From NCBI RefSeq assembly GCF_900176375.1, contig NZ_FWYF01000001.1, positions 1,062,449 through 1,126,448 on the forward strand: DNA of 64,000 nucleotides. The letters are read 5' to 3'. The position numbers and the translations under genes were made by a program. Shown in pieces: positions 60,552-64,000 of the stretch (positions within the stretch are counted from its first letter, which is position 1; every line of letters starts with the position of its first letter). The notes beneath the pieces are model-generated. The model was not told the origin of the DNA and did not search any database. It saw only the letters and a program-made list of their open reading frames with translations. The DNA comes from Reichenbachiella faecimaris (GTDB taxonomy: Bacteria > Bacteroidota > Bacteroidia > Cytophagales > Cyclobacteriaceae).

Positions 60552-61295
60552 TCACCACCCCAACAGTTCCTTCAACTTGGTATAACCAGTGGCGCTTACC
60601 ACCACTTCATCTCCATTTTTGAGTTGGGCGAGGTGGGTCTCTTTGCCGTATTTATCGATCTTTCCGATTTGTGATACTTGCACTATGGATGAACGATGTA
60701 CCCTTACAAACTTCTTGGGATCCAGCACCTGTTCCAGATGTTTCATGGTTTGTTTTTTGAGGTGCTTGCCTTTAGCAGTGATGATCTCTGAATAGTCGTC
60801 CTGTGCGGCAATTCGGATAATTTCGTCTGTGGGGATGATGTCGATTTTTGTACCATCTTTCACTACCAGTCGATGTGCGGGTTCTTGCAAGTACTCTCGC
60901 ACCAGTGATTCTGTAGCTAAAGGAGCAGTAGTTTGGCTGATCAAAGTTTTGGCTTTGGCCAAACCATCTTCAAACCGCTCCCTATTATAGGGCTTGAGTA
61001 AGTAATCTGCTGCATGCAGTTCAAAGGCCTTTAAGGCATACTGATCGTAGGCTGTGGAGAAAATAATTGTAGGTGGCTGATCTATGAGTTCCAGCAACTC
61101 AAATCCCGTCAATTTAGGCATTTGAATGTCCAGAAAGATCAAATCTGGATTTTGAGCTTGAATGAGTTTGAGGCCGTCAAAACCATTCTCTGCTTCACCT
61201 GCCAATTCAAAATCTTCATGATCTTTGAGAAAATGTTTGATCACTTCTCTAGCTGGAGGTTCGTCGTCTATAATAATTACTTTATAAGCACTCAT
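60552..61295 (-). CDS. LytTR family response regulator (REC + LytTR DNA-binding domain)
   Basis: It has a REC domain (IIIDDEPPAR...DLIFLDIQMPKLTGFE) and a C-terminal LytTR domain (VKDGTKIDIIPTDEIIRIAAQDDYSEI). Confidence 0.85.
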   Translation of the reverse strand: MSAYKVIIIDDEPPAREVIKHFLKDHEDFELAGEAENGFDGLKLIQAQNPDLIFLDIQMPKLTGFELLELIDQPPTIIFSTAYDQYALKAFELHAADYLLKPYNRERFEDGLAKAKTLISQTTAPLATESLVREYLQEPAHRLVVKDGTKIDIIPTDEIIRIAAQDDYSEIITAKGKHLKKQTMKHLEQVLDPKKFVRVHRSSIVQVSQIGKIDKYGKETHLAQLKNGDEVVVSATGYTKLKELLGW

Positions 61296-61301
61296 GGTTT
61301 A

Positions 61302-62360
61302 CTATTGGTCTAGTTGAGGAATGGTCAGTTGTACTTTGAATTCATTTTCTTTCTTATGTGTCTGCAGCAAATCTGCGCTTTCATAGATCAATTGCAGCCT
61401 GCCTCGCACGTTTTTCAAACCTATGCCTTTACCCTTGTGAGCGACCGAATCGTCTTCCGTGCTGTTAGTGATTTCTATTTGCAAATGCCTATCACTATAG
61501 GCAATATGAACTTCAATGGTACTGGCAGAGGTACTTTCATAAACACCATACTTGATGGCATTTTCTATGAGCGGCTGTAGAATTAAGTTGGGCAATTTGG
61601 CTGATTCAGGAATGACGTCAGCACCTTCAAAGTTCACCTCTAGTTTTTTCCCAAACCTCAATTTCTCTATTTCTAAATAAAGTTGAATCGTCTCTATTTC
61701 CTGGCTAAGTGATACCAGTTCTGTCTCAGAATGTCCAATCGTATATCGCAGAAAGGAAGACAGTTTTACAATCATTTCGTGTGCATCTTCTGGTCTGGTG
61801 AGCGTCAATGAGCTGATGGAGTTGAGACTATTGAATATAAAATGGGGATTGATTTGCGCTTTGAGCATGCTGAGCTCAGTTTCCTTTAATGTGGATTCCA
61901 TCTCAATCTCACGGATCTGTTTTTCTTTATAATTTTGATAAAAAATCAGAAGATAATAGATCAAAGCAACCAAGAGGTAATAGATGGCACCTAAAGCCAC
62001 GCGCCACCAAACATCAACAATAGATGCCTGCCGAATAGAAGTTGGATATTCCAATAAATAGCCTGTGATAAAATAGCTTGTAGCCAGCCATATAAAAATA
62101 AGCAGGCCTCCGGCCGCCAGATGACTCATGATAGCATTCCATAGATTTCCGTCAGTGAGTCCCGTGAACCTTACGACAAACCAGATACTCAATCCAACCA
62201 AAGCAAAACCACAACCATAAACAATAGCTTCTACAAGCGCAGGAGACCAAATCACTTGCTGTCCCCAATGCAAAAGCATGGTGTGGATAATGATAAGTAA
62301 GAGCCAAAACAGTCCGTATACGAGTATGTGCTCTCTGTTTTTTAGAATAGGGTTGATCAT
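61302..62360 (-). CDS. LytS/YehU-type sensor histidine kinase (5TM + His_kinase + HATPase_c)
   Basis: It has multiple TM helices, the H-box AQINPHFIFNSLNSISSL and a HATPase region (LILQPLIENAIKYG...GKGIGLKNV). Confidence 0.8.
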   Translation of the reverse strand: MINPILKNREHILVYGLFWLLLIIIHTMLLHWGQQVIWSPALVEAIVYGCGFALVGLSIWFVVRFTGLTDGNLWNAIMSHLAAGGLLIFIWLATSYFITGYLLEYPTSIRQASIVDVWWRVALGAIYYLLVALIYYLLIFYQNYKEKQIREIEMESTLKETELSMLKAQINPHFIFNSLNSISSLTLTRPEDAHEMIVKLSSFLRYTIGHSETELVSLSQEIETIQLYLEIEKLRFGKKLEVNFEGADVIPESAKLPNLILQPLIENAIKYGVYESTSASTIEVHIAYSDRHLQIEITNSTEDDSVAHKGKGIGLKNVRGRLQLIYESADLLQTHKKENEFKVQLTIPQLDQ

Positions 62361-62368
62361 GGGTTGGC

Positions 62369-63079
62369 TCAGTAGTTTTTAATCTCTCCTCCTCCAAACA
62401 AAACAAACCCTTTGATTCGTAGTCGCTTGTTAGTTCCAGATTCGGGAGGTTTTACGAATTTCCGTTTGTCTGCCAAAGCCCCAAATATAGCTGTGACATC
62501 CAATTGAATTTCCCAGTCCGATGGGACGATAAATGTGAACCCTCCGAAAACTGCCAATACTTCCAGAGTGTGATTGCCCTCAGCCAATTTGGAGCCTGTC
62601 ATATCATAACTAGCTCCTCCAAATACAGCACTGGTTTGACCACCTTTGAATTGTTCAGACCTGACTTTCACTTCTCCACCACCCATGATGTTCGAGTCAT
62701 TCAGATAATCAAAAGACTGACCAGATACTTTTCGCTTGAATTCAATTTTCCTTTTATTCAACAATAAAATACCCGCAGCAATCATAAGACCAGGCCAAAA
62801 GATCCTACTCAAACCAATGTTGATGTGGTACTCCTGCCAAACGTAGGTAGCTATGATGAAATACATGGCCCCAATAATCATAAACAAACCTGGTAGTTTG
62901 TTTGATTTAGTGGCGTATAAAACAATTCCAACGACCAAGACAATCCCTTTCCAATTGAACGCTAAGTTTTCAACAACTACGGGCAGAATATCAAAATTGA
63001 CCAATAGGAATATTCCGCCAATAATGACCAGAGCTAAGCCTATAAGGTTGGATCTATCTTCGAGTTTATAATGTCTCAT
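62369..63079 (-). CDS. LiaF-like (DUF2154-type cell-wall-stress-associated) membrane protein
   Basis: It has 4 N-terminal TM helices and a C-terminal Gly-rich beta region (MGGGEVKVRSEQFKGG...FGGASYDMT...FGGFTFIVPSDWEIQL). The track start is TTG at 63145. ATG at 63079 is preferred. Confidence 0.5.
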   Translation of the reverse strand: MRHYKLEDRSNLIGLALVIIGGIFLLVNFDILPVVVENLAFNWKGIVLVVGIVLYATKSNKLPGLFMIIGAMYFIIATYVWQEYHINIGLSRIFWPGLMIAAGILLLNKRKIEFKRKVSGQSFDYLNDSNIMGGGEVKVRSEQFKGGQTSAVFGGASYDMTGSKLAEGNHTLEVLAVFGGFTFIVPSDWEIQLDVTAIFGALADKRKFVKPPESGTNKRLRIKGFVLFGGGEIKNY

Positions 63080-63191
63080 GTGTTTGAATTCTGATCTACA
63101 AGATACGGCGAGTTGTTCGATTTTTAAAAAACACCCAGCGTGCAATGAGCACCTGGGTGATTGAGTGTTTGGTTATTCTGAGTTTATATTT

Positions 63192-63959
63192 TTAGACGAA
63201 GTTTTTGACTTCTCCACCACCAAATAGCACGGTTCCTTTGATAAGTAATTCCTTGGTTGCATCCGTCTTTACTTCGGCCGACAATTTTCTACTGTCGCTA
63301 TAGCCTCCAAAAATGGAGGTAACCTCCAGGCGAACATTCCAATCTGAGGGAACGATAAAATTAGCTCCACCCATCAATATCAGCACATCTATTTCTTGCG
63401 TACCTTCTGCCAAGCCACATTTACTTAAATCATAAGTACCTCCGCCCATGACAGTGGTTACTTTACCTCCTCGAAATTTGTCTGAAGTGATCGCCATATC
63501 ACCACCACCAAGCACAGCTGTCACATTGATATGGTCTGAGTCATTGGGCACTTCTTTATCATTGCTATCTGCAGTAAAAACATGCGCGGAAACTAACGGG
63601 CTTTTGCTTTTTCTGCTGAGAATAACCAGACCAATTACTATGAGAAGAACTGGCCAAAAAAGCTTTCGTGTATCATACCAATGCCAATTGAATTCATAAG
63701 ATAAGACATCAGACATGATGAAGAAGCCCCCGACAGCCATCAGGATAATGCCTGGGCTTTTGTTTTCTTTTGTAGAAAGAAATACTGCGCCTATCATGAT
63801 CATGATGCCTTTCCAATTGAATAAGTAATAAGAGATTTCGTAAGGAATCAGATCCAAATTGTCGAGTAGAAATAAGGAACCCAATGCGATGAGAATAAGA
63901 CCAAGTATCCCTGACCGAGAACTGCTAGCTGGTGATTTTTGTGATGTGCGTCGTGACAT
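63192..63959 (-). CDS. LiaF-like membrane protein, paralog of the upstream-adjacent gene
   Basis: It has the same architecture and conserved C-terminal blocks (LGGGDMAITSDKFRGG...MGGGTYDL...MGGANFIVPSDWNVRLEV). Confidence 0.5.
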   Translation of the reverse strand: MSRRTSQKSPASSSRSGILGLILIALGSLFLLDNLDLIPYEISYYLFNWKGIMIMIGAVFLSTKENKSPGIILMAVGGFFIMSDVLSYEFNWHWYDTRKLFWPVLLIVIGLVILSRKSKSPLVSAHVFTADSNDKEVPNDSDHINVTAVLGGGDMAITSDKFRGGKVTTVMGGGTYDLSKCGLAEGTQEIDVLILMGGANFIVPSDWNVRLEVTSIFGGYSDSRKLSAEVKTDATKELLIKGTVLFGGGEVKNFV

Positions 63960-64000
63960 GGTATATGAGTTATTGATTATGACACAATTTTACGTCGCAT

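Overview
This 64 kb window reads as a marine Bacteroidetes chromosome (likely Cytophagia or Flavobacteriia). T9SS C-terminal sorting domains, LemA-TPM and NfeD-flotillin operons, and many two-component systems support that. The central feature is a ~14.5 kb AT-rich integrative element at 10693..25211, inserted at the 3-prime end of a tRNA-Arg(CCT) gene. It is bounded by a perfect 18-bp direct repeat (ttgtggcccctccaggaa). Its tRNA-proximal end carries a tyrosine integrase, an excisionase-family HTH protein and a Toprim plus P-loop primase-helicase. The primase-helicase is preceded by a dense array of AAAACTAC iterons and a further HTH protein. That layout resembles a phage-satellite (PICI-like) or integrative mobilizable element. 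Its distal cargo is the best candidate for an undescribed system. Module 1 is a class II Fic AMPylase-type protein with an intact HPYIDGNGRIGR motif, an SLSIEG inhibitory helix and a ~260-aa AbiEi-like N-terminal extension, followed by a 1158-aa membrane-anchored helical-repeat giant protein with no NTPase motif. Module 2 runs convergently: an M16 (pitrilysin-type, HFLEH) peptidase and a small P-loop sulfotransferase-like protein. The flanking chromosome is ordinary housekeeping and accessory DNA. It includes manA, a Cache-NarL two-component system, a Na/H antiporter, a T9SS-secreted M43 metalloprotease, trxA, a LemA-TPM cluster, flotillin, PolX, queD, a U32 peptidase plus ferredoxin, an FNR-like regulator with a porin and a NarX-P-box protein, and a LytS/LytTR system with two LiaF-like paralogs. 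All calls come from reading the six-frame translations and the raw sequence. No database search was possible.
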